NCBI GenBank assembly: GCA_025603075.1
Contig: MU626368.1
Coordinates: 10,343-74,342, forward strand
Reading direction: 5' to 3'
Source of the DNA: Neoconidiobolus thromboides FSU 785
Taxonomy: Eukaryota; Fungi; Entomophthoromycota
DNA length: 64,000 bases
In this document: one piece after another, positions 12,861 to 26,681 of the stretch
Layout of the letters: each line of letters starts with the position of its first letter
Numbering within the stretch: position 1 is the stretch's first letter
The notes under the pieces: generated by a model
Seen by the model: only the letters and a program-made list of their open reading frames with translations
Databases searched by the model: none
What the model was told of the DNA's origin: nothing
Translations under genes and position numbers: made by a program

Positions 12861-14536
12861 TACTATGGCTCTATCTATTTTCTATGTTGATTTTTGTTTC
12901 TTTATCTATGTGACTATTTAATACCTAAGACTTTTTTCAAAGCCATGCTTTGCCCCTCTATATTACAATAACCCTATCTTAAACTTCTAACTCCTCGCTT
13001 TTTATACTTTACTTAATAAACTTCTTGAGCCTAATGGTCATCGCTTTTTTTTATTTTTCACTTATGCAGAGTGGCGTTACATAGATAACGACATTCGATT
13101 CTTGAAACTGTTTTGAGAAATATATATTCTGTATTCTTCTTTTGTTAAAAAGTTCTACACTTAATGAATTCTAAGCCCTTTTAGTGTTTGACTTTGGAAT
13201 TAATATAATAGGTCCCTGTATAACTGTAATAGTATTAGATCATAAGCAACAGATTTTGATTTATTACTAAAGTTATAGGATATATGAACAAGAGTTATCT
13301 TTTGTTTATCAATAAATTGATATCAAGTTACAATTTCTTTTATTAAATATTTCAAAAATATGTTGTAGTTAGGCTATTAATATTTCATATAATAAAGTAT
13401 ATACTCAATACCCCAATATTTTTGTTAGAAAAATGAATTGAACAAATAAAAGAATTAAAATTTTTCAAAAGTTACACAAAAGTAATGAAATCAGCAACAT
13501 TAAAAAGAAGTACATACAGAGTAGGTTTAAATATACAAAAATAATATAATCAAGAACCTAGTATTATTTTCAAAAATATTGGTATATGAGCATATTAAAA
13601 ACCAAACTCAATATTAAATTAAGTTCTCCTTTAGATAATAGTAATTAAGTTTATACAGGATTTCAAAGTGCTAAAAATAAAACTAGCATTTTTAAATCAA
13701 ATATTATAAAATGAGTATAAACAGTGGAGTAAGAGGTAATAAATAATGGAGGTTAAAGATCGATATTATAACTAAATAAATTAATATAAAGCTATGATAT
13801 ATAAAACCATAGAAACCATACATATGATCAGAGAATAAAGCATCAAATAATCGATACACAACTTAAATTGTTATAAAAATAACTATTGAACCCCAGATCA
13901 AAATTTAATGGTTTAATTAATTCGATCATGAATAATGATAACCTTAATAGTTTCTATGTTTGATAATAATAAAACTACAAACAAATAGATCTTTACTTTC
14001 ACAGATAGCAACTCACTTATATTAAGCTTATAAGCTTTCTATTTAACTTAACAGATATTATATTACTTACCATAGATTAATGATTATAAATTTTAATAAA
14101 GATTTAATAAAAAGAATAGAATTTAAAAATTATAAAAATTTATTTAAAATGTAGTTTTTTAAACAGCATTGAAATATTTTAATACAAAACAAACACATAG
14201 TTATCATTAATAACGATTAAAGTGAATAAGAATTGTGTAACAAGAAGTACAAAAATCATATGATATCTTATATTTTTCAGTTGCTATTACTTTATAATTT
14301 TTTTTATAAACTAGAGTAATGACTTAATGACCCTTTGATATTATAGGGTACAGTAGTAATAATTTTTTAAATTTTTTGGTATATTTTATTAAAATTAGTT
14401 TGATAATCGACATTTGTTTTATAATAAGTAGCGTTTTTTTTGTTTATTATAATAAACTTAAAAAAATAAAGTTATTAGCATGTAATTAAATTGATGTTTA
14501 CCTTTATTAGTTTTAAAACCTTTAACAATTTACATA

Positions 14537-14636
14537 TGGGGATGTTTTTTGGCTTCATTATCTTTTCTATCTTTTAAGCGCTATTTGAGTGGAAAAACTA
14601 CTAGTAAAAGTCTTAAACAAAAAAAACACATCCCCA
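14537..14636 (+). mobile_element. ~100-bp TIR miniature element (MITE-like), well-preserved copy
   Basis: Left end ATA|TGGGGATGTTTTTT, right end AAAAAAACACATCCCCA|CAT, core CTTTTAAGCGCTATTTGAGTGGAAAA shared with other copies. Confidence 0.8.
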
Positions 14637-16075
14637 CATCATTATTTAATTTATCCTTTTTTTAATAATAACACTAAAGGATTAAGATACCATACATTTT
14701 TTAAATAATAGCATTAAAATATATCATCATTTTATAAACCTCTATTATATAGATCATAATTGTTTATCAAAGGCAGTAGAGGCTGTTTCTTATATATATT
14801 GAGTTTTTATAGCAAATAGAAACAAGATTAAATCGATTAAATGAAGACCTGAGTTTACAGCTTATGTCAAAACAAATGATAATGATAACTATGAATTTTA
14901 CTATCCTTTAAATGAAAATTTATTATCCTTATTATAAAAGGGCAGTTATTATACTGAAAAGAAAAAATTCTTCTCACATTCTAAAAAACCTAGTTGAAAA
15001 GGGCAAAATCATGAAGGGTAAATACTATTTTAATATTAAATTATAAAAATCTTGAAACATTATTTCACTATTGATGACTTTTAATGATCTAACTAGGCTG
15101 CTAATATTTTCATTAAACCTGTAGTAAACTAGTATTGTTAAAAAAATATTGAAATTCTCCTTATTTTTTTATTTTTTATTTCGATGTTACAAATTATGAT
15201 AGCTTCAATCATTCCTAAAGCATAGAAAACCTTTATACAAAAATAAAAATTCTTTTATATAAATATAATTCCAATCTCTTTGAAAGCGCTAAAATACAAA
15301 CGTCTTACATCCATTGAGCATGTGTATCTTTTTCTTAATCAACAGTTATTCAGTGAATCGATTTTATGCTCACCTTGACTTATTTATCTTTTTAATCACA
15401 TTAATATAGCATTCATAAGGAAGAAACCATTAAGTACTTAGATAAATACTATTAAATAATTCTAAATGTAGAAATGGGCACTTGAATTTCGTATTTATTG
15501 AGTTTAATCATAAAGGTTTTTTCTATTTTTGTATTAAGAAAGGGTAAAGTCTAATTCCTGTCATACGTTTAGAGTTGTTTAGCAGTATATCAAATAAACC
15601 AATAAAAAACTTCAACAGTACAACTATATAATAGTTTTAAGGGATAATATAAGGAAAGACCTGATGATAATATGTAGTGGGTCAGGTTTAAGATATCAAG
15701 TCATTTGCTAAAAGTAATGCCAATTATTACTTTTTTGATTTAAGCGTGAATTATGTACTTTTAATTTTGCATGTACTGAATGAACTGTAGTGTCCTTTTT
15801 CTATATTATGTCCAATAAGTACAAAGATAAAAATGCCCATTCTACATTAAAACTGAAACAGTAGTATTAATTCGATTTTTAAATGAAATAGGTTAGTTTT
15901 GAATTTGACATTCTAATTTAGCCCGAAATTTCTACAAATTTATCAAAATTGATTTACTTTTTGTTTGACGTCATGGCAAATTGAATTAGTTAATATAAAT
16001 GAAACCATTCAAAAAAAGTATAAAAGGGGCATTAAGTCTTTAACAATGAAATAAAAAAATCAAAAATCCTGAACT

Positions 16076-19000
16076 ATGGGAACTCAAAATGAAGTTGGGA
16101 TAGGGAAAATGCAAAAGCATTATGGAATCACAAAATCACGTTTGGATTTATTTCTAAAAGATGGGGATCAATTTACTGATGTAAGTTTAATACCCTCTTT
16201 GTATCGTGCAAAAGCATCTGGTAGAAACTTTATACAATTAAAACATTATGCTGTGCCCGATCTAAAACGTATTCCCTTTTCGGAAGCCATTAAAAATAAA
16301 TTTGAAGATATCGATGTTTGGTATACTTTTCGTCCAAGTTGGGTAAGATAATTTAGTATTCCTATTTTATTGTTTTGTTAACTAGTATTTTGACTATTTA
16401 GTCTACTCATTGGGTAAAAGTAAGAGCTCAAGTACCAAGAGAATGGGTTAATTTAGAAGTTCAATTCCGCTGGAATTCAGATTCTGAAGTATTAATTTAT
16501 TCCATCGATGGTGAACCTATTCAAGCTTTAACTGGCGAAGGTGGCGGAAATCAAAGACTTGAATATGTGTTAACTGAATCCTGTAAAGGTGGTGAAATAT
16601 ATGAATTTTATTTAGAAGTAGCTTGTAATGGATTATTTGGTACTGGTCCTTACTTAATTGGACCACCAGAAGAAAGGGAGTATCCGGTAAGAATGGCCGA
16701 GTTAGCTTCACCTAATAAATTAGCTTTTGATCTGTTTTATGATTTTCAAATTATAAGAGATATGGCTAAGAAGCTTCCAGATAGATCCTCTCGTAATGAA
16801 AGGGCCTTATACGTTGCCAATAAGATAGTTAATTTATATCAAAGGGGCGGTAATACTGAAAATAGCTTAAAAAAATGTCTTGAAGTCTCTAAAGAATTTT
16901 TAAGTTATAAAGGGCCACCTAAAAACCATACTTTAGTTGCAGTTGGTCATTGTCATATTGATACAGCTTGGCTTTGGCCCTATGATGAAACGAAACGTAA
17001 AGTGGCTAGATCATGGTCAACTCAAATTCAACTAATGGATAAAAACCCAGACTTTACTTTTGTTTGTTCACAAGCTCAACAATTTGAATGGCTAAAACAA
17101 TATTATCCAACTTTATTTAAAAGAGTACAAGATAAAGCAGCCAAAAAGCAATTCTTACCAATTGGTGGTACTTGGGTTGAAATGGATTGTAATATGCCAT
17201 CTGGAGAATCTTTTTGTCGTCAATTTTTGTTAGGTCAACGATTTTATGAACAAAATTTTGGTAAAAGATCTAGAGTCTTTTGGTTACCTGATACTTTTGG
17301 TTATTCTGCCCAATTACCTCAAATTATTAAGGAAGCTAAATTAGATTATTTTTTTACTCAAAAGTTAAGTTGGAATAATATCGATAAATTCCCACATACT
17401 ACTTTCTTTTGGAAAGGTATTGATGGTACTAGAGTATTAGCTCATATGGCACCTGGTGAAACTTATTCTGCTCAATGCAATGTCGATGAAATTTTATTTT
17501 CTGAATCCAATAACAAAGATAAAATGATTGTTAATCAAGGTTTATTCTTATATGGTAATGGGGATGGTGGAGGTGGTCCATTGCCTTCAATGATTGAAAG
17601 ATTAAATCGGGTTAAAGATGTTGAAGGCTTACCTAAAGTGAAAATGGGAAGTGCCTTAGAATTTTATGATGAAATTTCTCAATTGAAAGAAATTAATGAT
17701 TTGCCTGAATGGGATGGTGAACTTTATTTAGAATTACATCGTGGTACTTATACTTCTCATGCTATTATTAAAAAATATAATAGGTCTTCTGAATTTTTAT
17801 TAAGAGATGTAGAATTATTATGGACAATAGCAAGGGTTAAAAAAAATGCTACTTATCCAAGAGATAGAATTACTCATCTTTGGAAACTGGTTTGTTTGAA
17901 CCAATTCCATGATGTGTTACCTGGTTCTTCGATTGCTATGGTTTATGATGATGCTATTAAATTTTATCAAGAAATTGAAAAGAAAGGAAATGAACTTATT
18001 AGTGAAGCTAATAAGATTTTATCTAATAATTCAATTACTCCAAATACTTCTGAATATAAAATATTTAATCCATCTTCATGGGCTCGTTCAGAAGTTATTA
18101 GTATTCCAGTTGGTGATTTAAGTTCAGTTAAACAAGGTATGCAATTATCAAAAGATATGAGACATTGTTATACTATTGTAAATGAAGCTAAACCTTTATC
18201 ATTATCTAATGCTAATTTACATACGTTTGAGCAAATTAATGAATCTGGAGTCAATTTAAGCATTTCACCAGATACTGGTGCGTATTCAATAAGAAACAAT
18301 TATATTGCTGTAACTATTGATGCTACAGGTAGAATTGTAAGTTTATACGATCGCTCACGTAATAGAGAATTAATGGAAGAAGGCAAATTTGGAAATATTT
18401 TTAAAATCTATGATGATGTACCTTTATTTTGGGATGCTTGGGATGTTGAGGTTTATCATTTAGAAAAATTTGAAATTTGTAAAGCCCATAATGTAACTAT
18501 TTATGAACAAGGTCCATTAGTTGTTTCTATTTTGGCTGAATATAATTTAACAGAGACTTCTAAAATGAAACAAATTATTAAATTAAATGCTACTTCTAAA
18601 ATGGTAGAAATTGAAAATGAAGTAGATTGGGATGAAAATCGTAAATTCTTAAAGGTAGAATTTAATACCAATTTAAGATCAGATCATGCTATTTATGAAA
18701 CTCAATTTGGTGTTATACGTCGACCAACTAATTTTAATACTAGTTGGGAATTAGCCAAATTTGAAGTATGTTCGCACAAATTTGCTACATTACAGGAGAC
18801 CGGTTATGGATTATCAGTTATTAATGATAGTAAATATGGATTTGCAACTCACGGTTCAACAATGAGACTATCTTTATTACGCAGTCCAAAATCACCTGAT
18901 CCAAACTGTGATATTGGTAATCATAAGTTTAGATTTGGCTTATATCCTCATGTCGGCTCTTTTGCTGATGCTAATGTACCAAAACTAGCTCATGCTTTTA

Positions 19001-19350
19001 ATTCTCCATTAAAATTACAATCAATTGGATTAGAAGCTTCAGTTGCTGATAGTCCACAATTGTTCCAACTTAACCCAAGTCAAGAAGATGTCATTGACAG
19101 TGTTATTTTAGAAACAATCAAAGTAAGTGAAGATAATAACAACTCCGTTATTGTTCGTTTGTACGAATCTTCAGGTGCTCATTGTAATCCAATACTTAAT
19201 ATTAATTTCCCAATTTCGGCAGCTTACCTTTCGAATATCTTGGAAGATGATGTACAAGCTTTAACTCCAATTAATGGTCCAAATAATTCTAAAGCATTGA
19301 AACTTTCATTTAAACCATTCCAAATTGTTACTTTAAAATTCAAACTTTGA
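16076..19350 (+). CDS. AMS1: Vacuolar/cytosolic alpha-mannosidase, GH38 (2 exons; intron 16343-16401)
   Basis: GHCHIDTAWLWP, GGTWVEMDCNMPSGES, FWLPDTFGYS, GDGGGG, LYLELHRGTYTS, NQFHDVLPGS, WDAWD, RLSLLRSPK. Exon 1 reads …YTFRPSW and joins STHWVKV. Confidence 0.97.
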
Positions 19351-19824
19351 ATTTTTTAAATAAATATTGTATTGTATTATTTATTGATTTTAATTTTATA
19401 AGTTATAGTTCAATTATTTATCGAAATTTTATAAGTATCTTTGTTTAATAATGTAAAATCAAGTGAGAGCGAAAAGAAAGCTCTATTATGCCTTTTGAAA
19501 TCCACCCAGAAGGATTTTAAGAGCTTATAGCCTGGAGTAGATTTAATGTTGTTTGGGATATTATAGTCTATAGGAAATAAGGTATAAAACTTTAATGGGA
19601 AAGGTTTTTAAAAGTTATAAAATTTTCTTTTATCCTATATTAGAGATGAAGACTATGTTTACATTATTAGCTTATTGTTTAAAAAAAGACAAAATATTTA
19701 CAACTGTTAACTTATAGGAAAATTTATAAAATCTATTATGTTATAGAAACATTAATAAAAAGACTTTGACACCTATATAAGTGGAATCAATTTGCTCTAA
19801 TATATCTTTTTTTGTAACGATAAT

Positions 19825-19913
19825 TGGGGGTATACTTAAGAATTTTTATTAACAATCTTCCTGCTCAAATAGTGCTTAAAAAATGAAAGAAGTGAAGTCA
19901 AATAAACGCTCCA
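19825..19913 (-). mobile_element. Internally deleted copy of the miniature TIR element (reverse orientation)
   Basis: TGGGGGTATA…CTTAAGAATTTTTATTAACAATCTTCC…CTCAAATAGTGCTTAAAAA…GAAGTCAAATAAACGCTCCA is the reverse complement of the family core. Confidence 0.7.
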
Positions 19914-19929
19914 ATTGCAAAATAAAATA

Positions 19930-20680
19930 GGAGTTCCCTAATGATAAGATAATTTTTTAGCTAATACCAATGGGTTACCAGAGAGTTAATTAAAATTAGC
20001 ATTGGTGTATTTCTTGGGAGAGCGATAGTATGCCATTACTTCATCATAATAATTAGATACAAGTTTATAATAAAGAGGGAAGCAAGAAACACGAGGCTCA
20101 ATAGACTGCTATAAATTATTAAAATAATCCTTTGTTTGTTCAGAGTTATTGATTCCAGGATATACTTTATTGCAACAATACTGTAAACTAGTGATATTAA
20201 CTTTAATTAATTTGATATTTTAAATACTCGTTTAAATGGAATTTTAGTACTTTGATATATAAAACCAAGGGATTGATTTAACATCCTTCTTTATCTTTCT
20301 TATTAGTAAAACCGACTATAATTTGTTTATATATCTCATGGATAGAATGCGTACTCCAAATGAGATTAGAAGATTCTAAATATTTCACAAATTGAAGCCA
20401 ATTATCATTTCTACATCAATTTTGGATCTTATAAAAGTCATAACAAATATAAAATGGACGATCGTCTATAATTTTTTTTAAAAATAATGTTTACAACCTC
20501 TTAATAATTGCTATCATGTTAGAACAATTTATGCAGTACCATCCTTTTGAAAATCGATTCCATTGAGTTGATGAATCGGTGTTAGAGATTTAGAGGCTAT
20601 TGTTGTTGAATGTTTCAATATTCTGCATTTTATGCATTTAATAGTTTGTGAGGGTCCTTTTGGAATAATCATATTCCTAA
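19930..20680 (-). pseudogene. Decayed coding relic, unidentified
   Basis: Long protein-like segments broken by stops and frameshifts (…QWNRFSKGWYCINCSN…, CRNDNWLQFVKYLESSNLIWSTHSIHEIY…, …SIEPRVSCFPLYYKLVSNYYDEVMAYYRSPKKY…). Confidence 0.3.
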
Positions 20681-20690
20681 TTTTTTTTTA

Positions 20691-21269
20691 TTGAGAGATT
20701 TAAAATATAATTTTGAAATTTGATATAAATACAAAGTTTGATGTTCCAAGGAATTAAATTTGACAAAAAAGGAATATTTCATTTTTGGAAATATATATTT
20801 TTATAATTTAGTAATGTTTTCTGATAAATGCTACTTTATATGTTCATAGGACCTTAAAGATCGGGAAAAAATAAAGTCAGATATAGAGCATTCTATTAAG
20901 TTTTGTGATTCAATATATCAAGAAGAAGTATTGCTTTATTATGTAAACGATCCTAAATCTATTAGCCAAAATAAAAGAATACACGTTAAAGATATGGAGT
21001 CAAAAGGTGGAAAACACATTGTTATCTATATCGGTAAAGAAGAAACATCCGGTAATCGATTGTTACAAGTGATTGGTCATTTTCTAAATAAAAATGATGA
21101 AATTGATGAGATCCAATTTAAATGTCATTTCGGTAAACTGTGATTAATAGAAGGCGGAAGTAAGAGATTTGATCAAGAAGAGGAGTTTGGATTTATTAAA
21201 GATAGTATATTTAGTGATAAACATGACGACTATTTATGTATTCATAGTGATTCATGGATTAAAAAATAA
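20691..21269 (+). pseudogene. Interrupted reading frame, weakly MATH/TRAF-like at the C-terminus
   Basis: One frame with no internal TAA. It is interrupted by TGA (20721, 20739, 21141) and by a TAG at 20847 that could end a 39-nt intron. Ends …KRFDQEEEFGFIKDSIFSDKHDDYLCIHSDSWIKK*. Confidence 0.4.
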
Positions 21270-21692
21270 AAAAAATCTAAAGTGTAGTGTCTTGCTTTTA
21301 TAAATACTTTACTTATAACTTTAGAATTAGATGTTTAATCTTTTATTTATCTCTTAATTTTACAATATTTATAACCACATATATATAAAGTATAGAAAAA
21401 TAAGTAAATAGGAATGGTAAAATATAGTACAAGAAAGTATTGATTTGAGGTAATTAAAAAAATCGGTTTGATAAGCGTAAAGTTCGTAGATATACAGTAA
21501 AAACAGCTCAATTTGCTATTGTATATAATTTTGTAACTAAGCGATGTATCCAAAATATTTTGATGAAATATGATGTCTCGAGATCTATAAAACAAAAGAA
21601 CTACGCTACATAACAAAAATTGGAAAGATTTATTAAACAAGCCACAAGCCATAATTTTATATAACAAACTTTTGTTCCTGAAATAAAACTTA

Positions 21693-23279
21693 CTACTCCA
21701 TAAATGAATTACATTGGCAAATGGTAGCCCTTAATCCAAAAGATAAGAAAGATCCAAGTGCTAAGCCCATAGTTAATGAGAACGCCATAACATTACCAAC
21801 ATGAGATATCAATTCTGGATTTTCTACAAGTGAAGGTGCTAATACCATAGAACCCGATCCCAAATAACCAGAAGATACAGCGAATATAAAGATAAAAAAG
21901 AAATAAAGGGAGTCATTATTAAATAAATGGTACAGTTTTGAATTTAACACTTCGTTCCCAAGATCGATATTGTTTGTTAAAAATAAAAAGAAGAAGATAA
22001 ATCTTAATAAACTTAATAATAAGATTATATAACTTCTTTTAGGTCGTAATATATTTACCCCTAAAATCAATCGACCTACTAAATCACCTACGTTGTAAAC
22101 TACAAAATGAATGGATACAAATAAGGACTTATAAACCAAACTGGAATCCGGTTGTGAGGTTTTGATAGCGGCTGTTATTGAAGGAAATATGGATAAGGTT
22201 ACTAAGAACACTAACATCACTGATATGGCTAATATCCAAACTTTTTTAAAAGCAATTGACATTGCTTTTAGTTTTGTTCTTAAGCTGCTTTTATTTAAAG
22301 CCATGGTGCCTTCTTCATTGCTTCCTTTTAAGTAGTAATGTTGGTATATAGAAACCTAGTGTTTTTAATATATAAATAAATGAGGTAATATTTTACTTTT
22401 AATTTGGTTACTTACCTTTGGCAATAGCAGCAATGAAATTATATTTATAATTGAGATTGTCAAAGCCACTCCAAAATAAACCTTTCCTCTTTCAATCACG
22501 GAATCTGGGCTAACATTTGGGTTATTTAACCCAGTATAAGAAATAATTAATTGAAATAAAGCTACTGCAACCCCTCCAATAGCTAAAAATGGTTAAGTTT
22601 TTAAATCAAATATTATATTTAAGTTCTACCTTGGCCACTAAAAGACTAAATTAATTCAACTTTTATTAAAAACAATATATTACCTCATAACCCCTTGTAT
22701 ATAAATTGGTGGGAATATGGAAGCTAAACCATAAACATCCGTAATCGCGAATACGCCTGCTACACCATAAAGGATTAATGGAATCATAGTTAAACCAAAC
22801 ATTGTGTTTGGACCTAAATTTAGAAATGGAAAGGTTAATAGGAAAGCAAATAAAACGGAAGTTGTGATGAGATTAATTAGTATTCTATTGAAAAGAAAGC
22901 CCTAGTTTATGAATAATGAGTTTGACTAGATAGATTTCATGTATTGATTTACTTTTCTTTGAGTGACGATCGCTGGAACTAAAAAGATGAGTTGTACTGC
23001 CATAAAGATGACTGAAAAATAATTTTGAAAGTTATTGTTGTAATTGGAACCAGTGTATATATATTTGAAAAAATCAGAGGCTGTGATCAATACTATAAAT
23101 TAAAATAAGTATGCTTGATTTTAGAAATTAAAAATCCAAATACCATTCCAGGGTAACACGGTGCCCAATCCCTGAAGGAAAAAGATGATGTAGAGAGAAA
23201 CTTTTGATATTATATCGCTCTTTTTGTAATTTACACTATCTAGCTCCACATCTATGCCATCCATTTTTTCTTGCTTCAT
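21693..23279 (-). CDS. FUN26: Equilibrative nucleoside transporter (ENT family), multi-exon
   Basis: LQGLGTVLPWN (exon 1), LSIFPSITA, YNVGDLVGR, FAVSSGYLGS and GLALGSFLSF motifs; multiple TM segments. Confidence 0.9.
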
Positions 23280-23659
23280 TTTGAAATATGTAGTTAAGTT
23301 ATAAAAATGAAAAATTTAAAATGGTTGTCGCTTATTAATGGTAGCTGCTATATTATATTATTCTTTTTTTTCATTCTATGTTTTAGAATTTTAATTGGAT
23401 TACTTTGATTAATTCAGGGAAGATTTGTAACACAAATTATTAAGTTAAATAATTGATTGGCCAGGGCTAAATTCTAATATTACTATTTCAGTAAAATTAA
23501 TGATAAGTTGTTAGTGTTAAATTAATTGTTTAGTAATTGAATGGTAATGTATTAAAATATATACATTTCTAGTTAAATCACAGTATTATCAAAAAAATTA
23601 TATGGCTATAAATGAGAATCTATAGAGATAGTACGACATTACCCATATGTAAATCTGTA

Positions 23660-23698
23660 GTATAATCTATAGTATAATCTATAGTATAATCCATAGTT
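23660..23698. repeat. 12-bp tandem repeat (GTATAATCTATA) x3
   Basis: Directly visible in the ENT/HEM14 intergenic region. Confidence 0.75.
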
Positions 23699-23953
23699 TT
23701 TAAACACATGAAGCCTTAAGTGAAATGGTTAATCTGTAATTTGATTACAAAATTTAATAAAATCCCCTTTCAACAATAGCACTGCACTGCCTTTTTCAAA
23801 AATAATTTTCTCTTTAAAATTTAATTTCATAAATGATATAGACAATGTTAATGAGTTCAAAATACCCCCCATTAGATCATCTCTAATATTTTATACAACC
23901 AATAAAACCAACTTTTAATTCACAAAAGATCGATTTATCATTTTATCAATAAA

Positions 23954-25499
23954 ATGAGTAAAAAAATAGTCGTGTTAGGTGGGGGAATAAGTGGATTAAC
24001 GACAGCATATAAGCTGCTAAGAAAAAACAAAGATTTAGTAATTACATTATTAGAGAAATCAAATAGAGCTGGAGGTTGGCTAGAGTCAAAAAAACTCAAC
24101 TCAGTAGTATTTGAATGTGGTCCACGTTCTTTAAGGCCTCAAGGATTACCTGGGCTAGCTACTTTAAACTTGGTAAAGATTTATTGAATAATGTTTAAAG
24201 TTGAGCATCGATTAAAGTTCCATTATTTAGGTTCATCAACTCCAGTTAACAGATAGTATATTGCCAGTTGATAAAAAAGAACCAGCATCAAAAAATCGAT
24301 TCATTTACTATCAAAATAAGCTACATCAGTTACCTAGTAGTATTGTGGGTATGCTCACGGATAAGTCCCCTTTATTGAAAGGATTGATGTCAGCAGTGAT
24401 TAAAGAAATATTTCAAAAAAAAGTAGAGAAAGATGAAAGTATCGAAGAGTTTATAACACGTAGGTTTAACAAAGACATTGCTAATAACTTAATCTCAGCT
24501 ATGGTACATGGCATCTATGCAGGGGATACTAAAGATTTGAGTATTACGAATACTTTTAAAATTCTGAAAGATTATGAGTTGAAATACGGTTCTATTGTAT
24601 TGGGTATTCTTAATGATATGGTAAGTTCAGGCCAAACAGAGATAGATAATAAATTATTACAATTAAAAGAGAAAGATGATAGATTATTTAATATTTACAA
24701 ATCTTGTTCAATGTATTCTTTTGATGGTGGTATTGAACAGCTGTCCATAAAATTATTAAGAGAGTTAAATAATTTTAAAGGTTTTAGTATAGCTTATAAC
24801 AGTAATATAAACGACATTAATATAAATGATCAAGAATGTAAGATAAAGCTGAATGATAACATTATCAAAGCAGATCATATTATAAGTTGCATACCAAGCG
24901 ATAAATTATATAGTTTATTAAAAAACGATGATTTGAGTGAATTAACTTATAACCCAAGTAGCAATGTAGCCGTAGTAAATATGTTGTTTAAAAATAACGT
25001 GATGCCATTCCACGGGTTTGGATACCTTGTACCAAAGAGTGTACCAGATAGCGATGCTATAGGCGTAGTATATGATTCTTGCCCCTTTCCCTCCCTCTCG
25101 GAAAATAAAACCAATATTACCCTTATGATGGGTGGACCCAACTTTAAGGATAGATTTGGAGATAAACCTACAAAGGAACTTGTATTTTCTAAAGCTAAGC
25201 AAGTGATTAAGGATCAATTGAATATCACTGATACTCCAAATCAGCACAACATTACTTTACAGTATAATTGTATTCCTCAGTATCAGGTTGACCACCATTT
25301 AAGAATGAAAAGCTTAAGTGGTAAAATAGCATCCAAATATTCCAATAAATTATTTCTGTTAGGTGCATCTTATAATGGGGTAGCTATTAATGATTGTGTT
25401 TTATATGCCAATCAGTTGGTAGAAGGGTTGTTTAAAGATGGAATTTTAAGTAATAATAATACCAAAGCAGTCTATACAGGATTAGAAAAATTTTATTAA
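23954..25499 (+). CDS. HEM14: Protoporphyrinogen oxidase (2 exons)
   Basis: FAD motif VLGGGISGL, RAGGWLES, FECGPRSLRP, MVHGIYAGD, GFGYLVP, CIPQYQVDH, GVAINDCV. Confidence 0.95.
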
Positions 25500-25992
25500 G
25501 TTAATAAAAAATTGATTTAATTTATAAGGTGATATAAATTTAATTTTCATGTGTATGAAAAACGCTTTATATACTATACAGGTTTATTATAACTATTTTA
25601 TAAGACTTGAGTCTTATCCTTTTTAGCTCGGATTTAAGTTAGAGATTTTGGTTCCTAGAAGCCATTTGATATTTAATTGCATACTAATGAATTTATATAA
25701 AAGATAGTATAAGCATTTATTATACTATTTTATGAAGTCTCTAAAGAAAAGTTCAATCATGGTACTAATATACTGTTAAATAAAAGCTATAAAAACAAGC
25801 TTTGCGCATTATCACGTATTTAAGTATCTCTTGAAACTTAATATATAGAACTATTAACTTAAACAAGGTAATACTAATGTGATAATTTAAATATACAATT
25901 TTAACGTGTTAATGTAAACCAAGTCACAAATTGATAGATTAATAAAATAAAACTTACATCCTAAAACAATTTCAAAGTCTCAAAACCATAAT

Positions 25993-26681
25993 TTAATGTT
26001 TAAAAATATTAAAACTAGAGAATGTAGTACTAAACCCAGTTTCGGATTGTGGAGAAGCGGTCATTAAACCAACCTTCAAAGCTTGATTTGCATCTGGTAA
26101 AAAGCAAGTAATTTTACGTGCCATTACCCAAGGTAATTCTTCAGGGTTACCATCATCTATTTGGGAGTCAAAATAATAATCAATTAATACCTTGCTGCTC
26201 TTCTTTTCTACCCTTAATGTGATACCATCTCTCTGTTTACCTTCCTTATATAAGTTGGTAGGTACTACTGACCAATCACTGTATGGGGTTGTGAGTACAG
26301 AGCTAATAAGTTTTCATTAGTTAAATTTTGATATTTCGATTTCACAAAATTTCAATTATTCCATTAATATAATAAAAATACTACCTACCTAACATATTGT
26401 CTATCATTAATCATTTCAATACCAGCCTTAAGCCAATGGTCATCATTTAAATAAATCATCAAACCAGCTTGATCATATTGGGAATGGTATTCACCGATAA
26501 AGTGAACTTGGGCTACAAAGTCTCCAGTAATTTCTTCATAGCCAAAACTACCATCTAATACTCTACGTGTTGGTGTAATCCAGAAATCACTCTTAGCTCT
26601 GCTAGTTAGCTTTAAGGTATCACCACCATCATTGATCTCTGCCTTCTCTGAGTTTTGTTTGAGCCATTTGAGTTGATACAT
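25993..26681 (-). CDS. DUF1349 / Ree1-like concanavalin-fold protein (2 exons)
   Basis: KSDFW, YDQAGLMIY, WLKAGIEM; exon 2 (not in track) SVLTTPYSDWS…W-x-MAR…KVGLMTASP…GF. Start may be at 26681 or upstream at 26840. Confidence 0.85.

Noticed and set aside
13060-13105. A-box/B-box-like motifs (GCAGAGTGG … TTCGATTC) suggesting a tRNA
   Set aside because: Spacing is far too short and no cloverleaf stems can be formed.
13200-13950. Hydrophobic minus-strand translation resembling a membrane-protein relic
   Set aside because: Expected from T-rich sequence; multiple stops in every frame.
16517-18121. Track ORFs 16517-16711 (-) and 17909-18121 (+)
   Set aside because: Antisense or alternate-frame shadows of AMS1.
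19348-19350. Idea that TGA is reassigned genome-wide
   Set aside because: AMS1 terminates at TGA, and conserved tryptophans in the housekeeping genes are TGG.
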